The notes beneath the pieces are model-generated. The model was not told the DNA's origin. It ran no database searches and saw nothing but the letters and a program-made list of their open reading frames with translations. A DNA stretch of 52,581 nucleotides from Mycobacterium sp. (lineage in GTDB: Bacteria; Actinomycetota; Actinomycetes; Mycobacteriales; Mycobacteriaceae), in NCBI RefSeq assembly GCF_049281135.1, contig NZ_JBAPRN010000188.1:1-52581 (forward strand). The letters are read 5' to 3'. Below, one piece after another: positions 18,978-27,547 of this stretch. Position 1 is the stretch's first letter. Every line of letters starts with the position of its first letter. Made by a program: the position numbers and the translations under genes.

Positions 18978-19783
18978 GTTGGGCCAGCGGACATTTCGAA
19001 CTGCCGGCGACCCCCGACGGCACGGAGATGCCGCAAACCGCTCAGCTCGTGGCAACCGTGGCCATGGCCGTGCTGGTGGCCGGCTTCGCCGTGTACGCGC
19101 TACGAGAGATCACCCGGAGGCGTTCGGTCACCCTGGTGCTACTACTTGTCGGCGGGGCGATCTCATACTTCAACGAACCCATCGACGATGTGTTGGGATT
19201 GGCGTGGCACCCGGTCGTGGGGCAGTGGACGGCACTGGACACCTTCTCACGTGTTCCGTTGTGGGGCTTGGGTATCTATATCGTTTTCTTCGGTGGCATG
19301 CCCTATCTGATCCTGCAGAATCTGCTCCGTGGCATGACCCGTCGGCAGCTGTGGGGCTGGGTGGGTGTGCTAGCGGTACTCGACGTTGCCGTCGAGTTGC
19401 CGATTTTGGCCAGTGGCATCTACAGCTACTACGGCGGCGCGCCGTTGCAGGTTGGTGGCTTTCCGGTGTATTGGATCGTCATCAACACGGTGGGACCGCT
19501 GGCCCTTGCCGTGTTGCTGCTCGCAGCGGGGGAGTCCTTCACCGGCTGGCGTGCGGTGTATCTGCTTGTTCTTCCGATGGTGTGCGATGCGGCGGGCAGT
19601 GTCGCGGTTGGATGGCCGATCTTCAGCGCCCTGAATGCCCAAGCTTCCGCGCCCGTGCAATGGCTGGCTGCTGGCCTGACCATTACTATCGGCCTCGCCG
19701 CGCTGGACCTGCTGATCGTCTACGCGGCGCGGACGTCGGCAGCGCTGGGGCACGCGAAAACGGTTGGCGCCGTTGGCGTGTGA
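18974..19783 (+). CDS. Multi-pass membrane protein (family C, copy 3)
   Basis: NEPIDDVLGLAWHP, ELPILASGIYSYYG, GGFPVYWIVINT; ATGA overlap with the previous gene. Confidence 0.82.
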   Translation: MSWASGHFELPATPDGTEMPQTAQLVATVAMAVLVAGFAVYALREITRRRSVTLVLLLVGGAISYFNEPIDDVLGLAWHPVVGQWTALDTFSRVPLWGLGIYIVFFGGMPYLILQNLLRGMTRRQLWGWVGVLAVLDVAVELPILASGIYSYYGGAPLQVGGFPVYWIVINTVGPLALAVLLLAAGESFTGWRAVYLLVLPMVCDAAGSVAVGWPIFSALNAQASAPVQWLAAGLTITIGLAALDLLIVYAARTSAALGHAKTVGAVGV

Positions 19784-19804
19784 ACCGCCATCCGAGCCTG
19801 TCGT

Positions 19805-20986
19805 TCAGCGAAACGGGTATTGCGTGGGCAATGTGGTGTGAGGCGGTATGACGGCCTTGCCGTCAGGTGTGATGTATGCAGAGCCCTTGCCGGAGTCGCT
19901 GTTATCGTTGCGGCTCAATGGGACACCCGGGCCGGGACAGGCGCGATCGGTGCCCTGTCCGCATAATCCGTCGGTGAGGTACGACCGGTCAATAAGGTCG
20001 CGCTGCCATTCCTTGGAGTGGGTTCCGATCCAGTAGTTCGGCACGTTATAGGTGAGGAACAGTGCCACGTGCACTCCGGCCAACACCGCTAGCGCCCGCA
20101 CCACCATCTGTGTGCGATCGGACATCCGAAGATTTTCAGCGCCGCGCTCGACCAGCGTCTGGCCTCTGTCGTTACGGAAGTATCGCAGGCAGGCGACCGC
20201 GGTGAAAGTCGCGGAGACGGTGACGATTTCATTGAGCGGGAAGGCGTGGTAGGACCCGCTGAAGATGGCGAAGCCGCGGCCGCCCGGGTACTCCCAGATA
20301 CCGAGCGGCATGAAGATAACGGCCTCGAGGATGATGTCGAAAGCGACCATGCCGACGAAACAGACACCGATCAGGCCGAGAGTGCCGATTTGTGGCCACT
20401 TGGCCTTGGCCCGTCGCATGACCGCGCAACCGAGGAACATCGTGATGACGAAAACGTAGACGTACAACCCCGGCATGATCAGGATCGGCTCGACCAGCAT
20501 CGCGCCCGGTTTCCCGTTGGATAGCCAACCCGGGACACCGTGTACCCACGAGCCGTAATTGATGGCCCACGAGTTGTAGCTGAACCAGTGCCCGCCGTAG
20601 GCCGACAACGGGTCCTGGAACCACAGCGTCGAAAAGGCAATCACTAGCATGCCGTCGAGAGTCAATCGGCGCTGACGGATGATCGGGCGCACCACGAACC
20701 AGCCCATGAGGCCGATGCCGATGGGAATCGACACGGCCTGGAAGACCACCATCGCCACCTTCATGAACATCGGTGGGTCGGTGGGACCGGTCGGCACCCG
20801 CTCGAAGAACGGACCAGTTACCCAGTTGATCAACACATAGGCGATGAAGGCCAGGATTACCGTGCCCAGGCCAGCCCACCACTTCACCGGAACCAACCGG
20901 TGTGGTTCCTGTGCAACCGCATTGGGCGGAGAGGCGACGCCGGTTGAACGTGAACTGTGCAACTCGGTGGTAGGAGTCGTTGCCAT
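19805..20986 (-). CDS. Spirocyclase AveC-family membrane protein
   Basis: RLTLDGML, WFQDPL...WFSYNSWAINYGSW...PG, FPLNE, RNDRGQTLVERG. Confidence 0.8.
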   Translation of the reverse strand: MATTPTTELHSSRSTGVASPPNAVAQEPHRLVPVKWWAGLGTVILAFIAYVLINWVTGPFFERVPTGPTDPPMFMKVAMVVFQAVSIPIGIGLMGWFVVRPIIRQRRLTLDGMLVIAFSTLWFQDPLSAYGGHWFSYNSWAINYGSWVHGVPGWLSNGKPGAMLVEPILIMPGLYVYVFVITMFLGCAVMRRAKAKWPQIGTLGLIGVCFVGMVAFDIILEAVIFMPLGIWEYPGGRGFAIFSGSYHAFPLNEIVTVSATFTAVACLRYFRNDRGQTLVERGAENLRMSDRTQMVVRALAVLAGVHVALFLTYNVPNYWIGTHSKEWQRDLIDRSYLTDGLCGQGTDRACPGPGVPLSRNDNSDSGKGSAYITPDGKAVIPPHTTLPTQYPFR

Positions 20987-21003
20987 GGGACACCTTTCGT
21001 CGT

Positions 21004-22500
21004 CTAGCGGAAGTCCATCCAGTGGCCGTGCGGGGTCCAGCCCATGTGGAAGGGCAGCTCGATCTTGCAGATAGGTCCGGCGGTGATGTCGTCGGTGTCA
21101 AAGATCTGAAACTCGCCCCGACGCTCGTGCCACCACGACACCGGCACGATGATGTACCCGTCGCCCTCGGCGGCGTCGGTGGTGCGTGGTGCGAAGGACG
21201 CCTCGAGCACCGCGGCCAATTCCCCTTCGCCCCGGATCTGGTAGACCTGTTCGGTCACCTTGTCCACGTCGTTGCGAATGAGGCTGTCCATCCTCATCCC
21301 GCGTTTCTTGGGCTGCCCGCCGATCTGAAAGCCGTAGCGGTGACCTCTCCCGTAGAAGCGCTGGTCAACCTTGCAGATCTCGGACGGCAGCTCCGAAAGC
21401 TGTTCTGCCGTGGTGTCGCCGGTGGTGAGGTTGACGGACCACCGTCCCAGGTAACTGGCGGCGTTACTGAAGAACAGTGCGGCCTGGTCGCCTTCCTTGA
21501 AGTCCTGCTCCATCGGGAACGGCGGCGTGTTGAAGATCGGCGCGTCGAGGATCAGCTGGTCGCCCCGGACGTTGGCCGTCATTGTGTGCATCACATATTG
21601 GGCAGGCAGATCAGTTTGGATCCAACGGATCTCGCCCTGCAAGTTGTGCCGCGGGATCAGCGCGAGGGTGATCGGCAGTTCGGGTTCCCAGCCGAAGACA
21701 GTGAGCCCCTTGCTATTACGCTGCAGATCGATAATGAACGGCTGGAACGGCATGACAACCCAGTCCGGTGTAAGCCAAATATCATGTGCCACAGTGTTGT
21801 ACGGGGCATCCCACAGGTCGCGGGACTCCACCGTGCCATCCGGATGCACGTACTTCATCGACACATACGGCGCGGTGTCGCTGTATGACCAACCGTAGAG
21901 GACGCCGGTGTCCTCATCCCACTTCGGGTGTGCACAGAACGTCCCGTCGCCGAAGCACACCAGATCATGCGGTCCCTTGGACAAGGCCGGCGCCCACGGC
22001 ACGATGCCCTTGGTCTCCAAGGTGATCGGGTCGATGACCTGTGGGGCACCACCCAATTCGCCGGACACCACGAGGTCGCCCGCGAACGGGAAGATGTTGA
22101 TGCTGCTGGTGCCCTGCGGGGTGTACGAGTTCTGCGGGGTGCGCACCACCTCGCCGTAGCCGTAGTCCCGATAGTCGCCGAACCCACCGTCGGCGTAGTC
22201 GAACATGCCGCGACCGTATTTGTCTTCCAGCACATACTTCGGAGTGCGCACCCAGCGGTTGCGGAAATCGGCGCGGCCGTTGTCGAAGACCAGGCCCTGG
22301 ACCATGCCGTCCATTGCCAGCAGCGGTGTCGTCCCCTGATTGGTCGGCCGCTTCCAGCACGGTCCGGTGCGGTAGAAGCCACCCGCGAGATCTTTGGGGA
22401 TCTCGCCGTGGGAGACGATGCACTCCTCGACGGTGGCTTCGAACCGCATCGGCTGGAACGGTCCCCTGGTGGTCACCGTGTCGGGAATGGAGTAGCTCAT
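21004..22500 (-). CDS. Carotenoid/stilbene cleavage oxygenase family protein
   Basis: DGMV, RNRWVRT, four Fe-binding His (CAHPK, AHDIW, VMHTM, PHGHW), EASFAPR...EGDGY. Confidence 0.92.
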   Translation of the reverse strand: MSYSIPDTVTTRGPFQPMRFEATVEECIVSHGEIPKDLAGGFYRTGPCWKRPTNQGTTPLLAMDGMVQGLVFDNGRADFRNRWVRTPKYVLEDKYGRGMFDYADGGFGDYRDYGYGEVVRTPQNSYTPQGTSSINIFPFAGDLVVSGELGGAPQVIDPITLETKGIVPWAPALSKGPHDLVCFGDGTFCAHPKWDEDTGVLYGWSYSDTAPYVSMKYVHPDGTVESRDLWDAPYNTVAHDIWLTPDWVVMPFQPFIIDLQRNSKGLTVFGWEPELPITLALIPRHNLQGEIRWIQTDLPAQYVMHTMTANVRGDQLILDAPIFNTPPFPMEQDFKEGDQAALFFSNAASYLGRWSVNLTTGDTTAEQLSELPSEICKVDQRFYGRGHRYGFQIGGQPKKRGMRMDSLIRNDVDKVTEQVYQIRGEGELAAVLEASFAPRTTDAAEGDGYIIVPVSWWHERRGEFQIFDTDDITAGPICKIELPFHMGWTPHGHWMDFR

Positions 22501-22584
22501 GTTCTGCTCTCTGGTCCGTGTTTCTTAGCGGCGGCGCGCGCACGAACCGACGCCGCTACCAGCGATGCTAGCGCCGAAACCACG

Positions 22585-22608
22585 TTCTGTAAACGATCAC
22601 TTACAGAA
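22585..22608. promoter_or_regulatory. Palindromic operator upstream of the oxygenase operon
   Basis: TTCTGTAA-ACGATCAC-TTACAGAA, perfect 8-bp arms and a GATC centre. Confidence 0.65.
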
Positions 22609-23004
22609 TATGTAGGCAGGAGTTCGATCGGAAATGTTGCTAGCCCCCCGTAGAATTGGTAAAGGTCGCGCTGGCGGACACGCCGCTGCTATGTTAGGCA
22701 GCGAGGCGTCGGAGCATCGGAGGTAGCTATCGTGTAAGCGATCGTTATCTATTGGCGAGATCGCGCAGTCATTGGAGCAGCTCTCGAACATGGAAACATC
22801 CCGACCTTGCCAACGGTCCTGGTGCAACGGTAATGCTGCCCGGCCGGCCGAACCTTACCGATCCCAACGCGAGAAGCCGCGACAGTTCGTATCGTTGACA
22901 AATCCATTGATTCATTTTTGGGACACTGTGTGCCATATCTGGCGAAGGGTCCGTGATGCTGAACTCGACGACAAAGGCTCTCCGAACTTGGCGGTGGTCC
23001 TGAG

Positions 23005-24045
23005 ATGCCATTGCAGACCCATCCAGCAGACACCGACCTGATCGGCGTCGAACCTGGCGCGGGCCCGTGGGAGCCCTCCACAGTGCACACGCACTACTTC
23101 GGTTTCCAAGTTCCCGAGGCCGCTATCGGTGGGTTTCTCTACATCCGCTATCAACCCTTCTTCCCGCTCTCGCAGGGCAGCGTGATCATCTTCGAGGGGC
23201 TGGACAACCCCACGCATCTGGACGCAGCGTTCTTGGATTGGCAAATGGCCATGCCCTACCCGCAAGTGACCGGGCAGGCCATTACCACCGCCAACGGCTT
23301 CCGGATCGACTTTTTGGAGTTGGGCCGTTCCGCGCGCACCACGTATACCAGCAGCGACGGGACGACCTCGTTCGACCTCGTGCACACCGCCGTGACCCCG
23401 TTGGTTGCCCGATCGGCAGTGATTCCCGGGGAGAACATCCACGAGTCTGACGGACCGGGCGGCACCGAACAGTTCATGCACTGTGTGGGCGAGGTGACGT
23501 TACGGAGGCGACATTATTCGGTTGACTGCTACATGCCGCGAGACCGCTCGTGGCGGCAAAGCCGAACCGAGCAACGCGGTGGGCGCCACGACCCGCCGGT
23601 AGCTTGGACACCGATCTACTTCCCGGACACGCGCCTGGCCTTCAATCAAGTCGGCTTTGAATCACCGGAGACCGAACCGGTTTGGGCGGGCGCGCTGGCG
23701 ATCCCCCCAGGTGCCCCCGAGTACCACTTCGCGTGGATCTGCGCCGATGGCGAGCTACGCGAGGTGACTGAGGTCTGCCGCTCTGTGGACGAGCTGCACC
23801 CCCAGGTGCCGGCGCCATTACGACAGACCATCGAGGCCCGCGATAACACCGGTGCGCGTTATCGCTTTACCGGTGAGGCGGTAGCGCTCGCCGCGATTCC
23901 CTCTTGGCCGAACGCTGCCACCTTCGACAGCGTAGTCCGCTGGACCGACGCGGACGGGCAGCTCGGATATGGTCCCTGCCAAGGCATCTGGTACGACGGG
24001 TTTGCCCAGTTGATGAAGATGAAGAGGCTGACCGGTGCCCGGTGA
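23005..24045 (+). CDS. Uncharacterised soluble protein (family B, copy 2)
   Basis: Collinear with 4229-5275 (HTHYFGFQVPEAAIG, GGTEQFM, RDRSWRQ, PSWPN). Confidence 0.82.
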   Translation: MPLQTHPADTDLIGVEPGAGPWEPSTVHTHYFGFQVPEAAIGGFLYIRYQPFFPLSQGSVIIFEGLDNPTHLDAAFLDWQMAMPYPQVTGQAITTANGFRIDFLELGRSARTTYTSSDGTTSFDLVHTAVTPLVARSAVIPGENIHESDGPGGTEQFMHCVGEVTLRRRHYSVDCYMPRDRSWRQSRTEQRGGRHDPPVAWTPIYFPDTRLAFNQVGFESPETEPVWAGALAIPPGAPEYHFAWICADGELREVTEVCRSVDELHPQVPAPLRQTIEARDNTGARYRFTGEAVALAAIPSWPNAATFDSVVRWTDADGQLGYGPCQGIWYDGFAQLMKMKRLTGAR

Positions 24046-25654
24046 AGGTTGGGACGTCCTGCACGACCCGGGACCAGGAGACTCGCATTGGTCCACCGAC
24101 AACGTGGGCGAGGCCGCGCCCGGAGTGCTAAGCCCGTTGAGCTGGAGCATGTGGGGTGCCATCGGCGACCGGATGCCTCGCGAGGTGGCTTACCGGATGG
24201 GCATCTTCTCCGCCGCGGATCGACGCGGATTTCCGCCGATTGTGCGGCCCTTTTATGGGCGGATCGCGTTGCGTATGGAATACCTGGCGACCATGGGCGA
24301 CCGGATGCCCGGTGTCGACGGCGCGGATCTCGTGGCGAACATGTTCGGCAGGGTCCCTGAGACCATGATCTTCGCCCCCACCAGGCGTCGTTATCCGATC
24401 ATCGCCTTCAAACTTCCCCGGGCGATGATCGTGGCACCCGGAGAGGTCCGACGACGCGCGGGGGTCATCGACGCTTGGTGGCGCTCGACTATTCCCACGA
24501 TTTCTGGGCTGTCCCGATCAGAGACTGTCTCGACGCTGCGCGATGCCGTACGACGATTCGACGAGTCGTTGATTTGGCACTCCTTGGCCCTACTGGCGGT
24601 GGTACAGCCACTCCTGGTGGAGTTGACCAAGCTGGTCGAGCGGGCTGGTGTGGGTGACGTCGGGGCGCTGAGCGGAACCGGTGGAGCCGAAATGGCCATC
24701 ATCTCCGATATCTGGCTGGCCTCCAGAGGCGTGCTGACAATCGGCGACGTCGTCGCGAGCCACGGATTCCACGGTCCATTTGAAGGCGAGGTCTCCAGCC
24801 GCGTTTGGCGGGAGGACCCCGCACCACTGGAGCGGATGATTCGTGGCTACGCCGACCGCCCGGATGCGGAGGATCCGGTGCAACGCGAGCGCGTGGCCCG
24901 GGAGCGTCTTCCTGAGCTGCAGCGACTCCTGTTGGCGGAACTCCCAGTCACCCAGCGGCCCATGGCGCGACTGGTTCTCACCCTTGCCGAACGATTGCTG
25001 CCCCTGCGCGGAGTGGGCAAGCGCGCGTTTCTGCAGTCGCTCGACGTCGCGCGTGGGGCTGCGCGGCGTCTCGGCGAGCACCTGGTTGTGGAAGGCCGGC
25101 TCATCTCGGCCGAGGACGTCTTTCAGCTGACGGTCGATGAGCTGACCGATGTCCTGCCAGCCGACGCGGCCGCTTTAGCGCAACTTCGGCGAGAACGGGG
25201 GCGTGAGTACGAAGCAATGCGATTGCCGGGCAACTGGCGCGGACGACCCGACCCGACTGTCATTGCAGCCGACTCTCGCCGAGCGGGGGGATCCATGACC
25301 ACGGCGATCGAGGCGATCAGTGGCCTTGGGGTCAGCGCCGGCGTGGTGGAGGGGCGAGTGCGGGTCGTGGTCGATCCCTCCTTCGCCGAGGTAGAACCCG
25401 GCGAGGTGCTCGTCACTGCGACCACCGATCCGAGCTGGGCGTCGATCATGTTCCTGTCCAGCGCGCTGGTCGTCGACATCGGCGGCCAGCTGAGCCACGC
25501 GGCCGTCGTCGCGCGAGAACTCGGTGTTCCCTGTGTGGTCAACACCCGCACCGCGAGCAGCGTTCTACGCACCGGCGACCTCGTCCGCGTCGACGGCAAC
25601 ACCGGCTGCGTCGAGGTCCTCGATCGCGTTGAGAACAACCCGTCCGGCCAGTAA
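24035..25654 (+). CDS. PEP-utilising enzyme mobile-domain protein (Rv2047c C-terminal / RPH / PpsA-like) lacking an ATP-grasp domain
   Basis: TDPSW and DIGGQLSHAAVVARELGVPCVV phospho-His motif; HGFHGPFEGEVSSRVWRED middle-domain motif. Confidence 0.85.
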   Translation: MPGEGWDVLHDPGPGDSHWSTDNVGEAAPGVLSPLSWSMWGAIGDRMPREVAYRMGIFSAADRRGFPPIVRPFYGRIALRMEYLATMGDRMPGVDGADLVANMFGRVPETMIFAPTRRRYPIIAFKLPRAMIVAPGEVRRRAGVIDAWWRSTIPTISGLSRSETVSTLRDAVRRFDESLIWHSLALLAVVQPLLVELTKLVERAGVGDVGALSGTGGAEMAIISDIWLASRGVLTIGDVVASHGFHGPFEGEVSSRVWREDPAPLERMIRGYADRPDAEDPVQRERVARERLPELQRLLLAELPVTQRPMARLVLTLAERLLPLRGVGKRAFLQSLDVARGAARRLGEHLVVEGRLISAEDVFQLTVDELTDVLPADAAALAQLRRERGREYEAMRLPGNWRGRPDPTVIAADSRRAGGSMTTAIEAISGLGVSAGVVEGRVRVVVDPSFAEVEPGEVLVTATTDPSWASIMFLSSALVVDIGGQLSHAAVVARELGVPCVVNTRTASSVLRTGDLVRVDGNTGCVEVLDRVENNPSGQ

Positions 25655-25659
25655 GCCGC

Positions 25660-25694
25660 TTGACGGTTAATACCGTACATAGTACGGTCTTTAT
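25660..25694 (+). promoter_or_regulatory. SigA-type leaderless promoter with an overlapping palindromic operator
   Basis: TTGACG (25660-25665), 17-nt spacer, TACGGT (25683-25688), ATG at 25695; ACCGTAC-ATA-GTACGGT at 25672-25688. Confidence 0.75.
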
Positions 25695-26957
25695 ATGACG
25701 AGCACCGAGCTGGCCCCCGTGGCCGATGACATGAGCGCGTTCATCATCGCCGGAGCGGTCAGCTCGAACCCGGAGCGATATGAGCGCGAGACGGAGGGCC
25801 GCACGCCGGCCCAGGGCGTCCAGGACGGCGTCGATGCCGAGGCGCTCGGATACCGGCGCGTGTGGCTCTCGGAGCGATGGGACATCAAGCAGGCAGACGT
25901 GATCCTGTCGGCGATTGGCGCACGGACGACGCGGCTCGAGATCGGGACGGGGATTGTGGTGCCGAGCACGCGGCACGCGTGGTCGACGGCGGCGCTCGGC
26001 GCGACGTTCCACGCCGTGCACGGTGAGCGGTTCATCCTCGGACTCGGGCGCGGTGAGAAGGGGGCGTTCAAGGGGATGGGGATCAAGGTCACGACCTTTG
26101 AGGCGATGGCCGACTACATCGACATCTACCGCCGGCTGTGGGCCGGAGAGGCCGTCAACTACGACGGCCCGGCGGGACGGTTCGAGCACCTGAAATTCGC
26201 GGAGACCTACGAAGGGCGCCCGCCGGAGATCTGGCTGGCCGGGTTCGCGCACGAGGCGGGCGCGCAGCTGCTCGCCGAGTCAGGGCTGGATGGAGTGATC
26301 CTGCCTCCGATCGTCACGCCGGTGATGGTTGCCGCGGCCAAGGAGCGCATTCGTGTGGCGTGCGAGCGCGTCGATCGCGACCCGAGCGAGATCAGGATCG
26401 TGGTGCCGGTGGTGACCGCGCCGGACATGGAAGAGGTCGAGGCGATGTCGATCAGCGCCGGCCGCTTGGTGACCTATCTGCAGTACCCGTATTACGGTGA
26501 CGCTCTCGCGACTGCGAACGGCTGGGATCTCGGTCCGGTCAACGAGATGCGCAACCATCCGCAGTTCCAGGGCCTCACGCGCGCGGCGGACCTGACCTTC
26601 CATCGGCACGAGATGCTGGGCCCGGCCTCGCTGCTGCCTCAAGAGTGGATCTTCGACAGCTGCGCGATCGGGACGGTCGATGAGTGCGTGACCAACCTCG
26701 CGCGCTTCATCGATGCCGGGGCGGACGAGATTGCTACATACGGCAGCACTCCCCGTCAGAACGCCAAGCTGATCGCAGCCTGGCGTGAGAGGAAGAGAGA
26801 GACTGAACGGTGCGCGATCGCGCGTCGGGCGACCGCTGCGTGCGTGCCGCCTAGGATGCCCGGATGGGAAAACGCGGCATCCAACCCCGATACACCCAGG
26901 CCGAAATCGTTGCCGCCGCGATCGAGCTCATCGACCGAGACCCCGGAACCGAGCTGA
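25695..26957 (+). CDS. F420-dependent LLM oxidoreductase, TIGR03857 (MSMEG_2249)-like
   Basis: WLSERWDIKQAD, FILGLGRG, GADEIATYGSTP; paralog of 51250-52374; C-terminal about 50 aa probably spurious readthrough. Confidence 0.87.
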   Translation: MTSTELAPVADDMSAFIIAGAVSSNPERYERETEGRTPAQGVQDGVDAEALGYRRVWLSERWDIKQADVILSAIGARTTRLEIGTGIVVPSTRHAWSTAALGATFHAVHGERFILGLGRGEKGAFKGMGIKVTTFEAMADYIDIYRRLWAGEAVNYDGPAGRFEHLKFAETYEGRPPEIWLAGFAHEAGAQLLAESGLDGVILPPIVTPVMVAAAKERIRVACERVDRDPSEIRIVVPVVTAPDMEEVEAMSISAGRLVTYLQYPYYGDALATANGWDLGPVNEMRNHPQFQGLTRAADLTFHRHEMLGPASLLPQEWIFDSCAIGTVDECVTNLARFIDAGADEIATYGSTPRQNAKLIAAWRERKRETERCAIARRATAACVPPRMPGWENAASNPDTPRPKSLPPRSSSSTETPEPS

Positions 26958-27499
26958 CGATCCGCGCTCTTGCCCAGCATCTCGGCTTGGGCACGATGAG
27001 CCTCTACGGCTACTTTCCCAACAAGGACGAACTTCTCGAGGCGATCGCCGCATCCTTGTTCGAATCACTCGACGGGGCCGACCATCTCGACGGGCCGTGG
27101 CAGGACCGCCTCCGCGAACAGGCGGTGACGATTCACGACATCGTCGTGCGCCATCCCAACATCGGCCGAATCCTGCGGGCGCACGCCACCCCGCACCCCA
27201 CGCTGTTCCGCGTCCGCGAGCAGATGGTCAGCGTGCTCACCGAGGCCGGCTTCGAACTCCCCGCCGCCCTCGAAGCAATGGGAATCATCGCCAGCTATGC
27301 GCAAGGATTCGCCTCCATTCAAGCCGCCACACTCGACAGTGAGCCACTCAAGGACCGGATCCGCCAACTGCCCGCCGACGAGTTCCCGCTGTTGAATGCG
27401 GGCATCGAGCACTACCCCAACCACATCTCCGATGCCTCGTTTCGGCACGGACTGGACCTGCTCATCTCCGGCTTCGGCGCCGAGCTCGCCAACAGATGA
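26864..27499 (+). CDS. TetR family regulator (TetR_C type)
   Basis: LTIRALAQHLGLGTMSLYGYFPNKDELL; FRHGLDLLISG. Confidence 0.92.
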   Translation: MGKRGIQPRYTQAEIVAAAIELIDRDPGTELTIRALAQHLGLGTMSLYGYFPNKDELLEAIAASLFESLDGADHLDGPWQDRLREQAVTIHDIVVRHPNIGRILRAHATPHPTLFRVREQMVSVLTEAGFELPAALEAMGIIASYAQGFASIQAATLDSEPLKDRIRQLPADEFPLLNAGIEHYPNHISDASFRHGLDLLISGFGAELANR

Positions 27500-27547
27500 A
27501 CTGCGTTGCGGCACAAGGAATTTCCCAGAGGACACGAGGGTAGGCCA

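Noticed and set aside
22749..23041. Short ORFs in the 22500-23005 intergenic region
   Set aside because: No RBS, motifs or recognisable homology; the region looks regulatory
24035..25654. Rifampicin phosphotransferase (rph)
   Set aside because: Lacks the ATP-grasp domain and is far shorter than RPH
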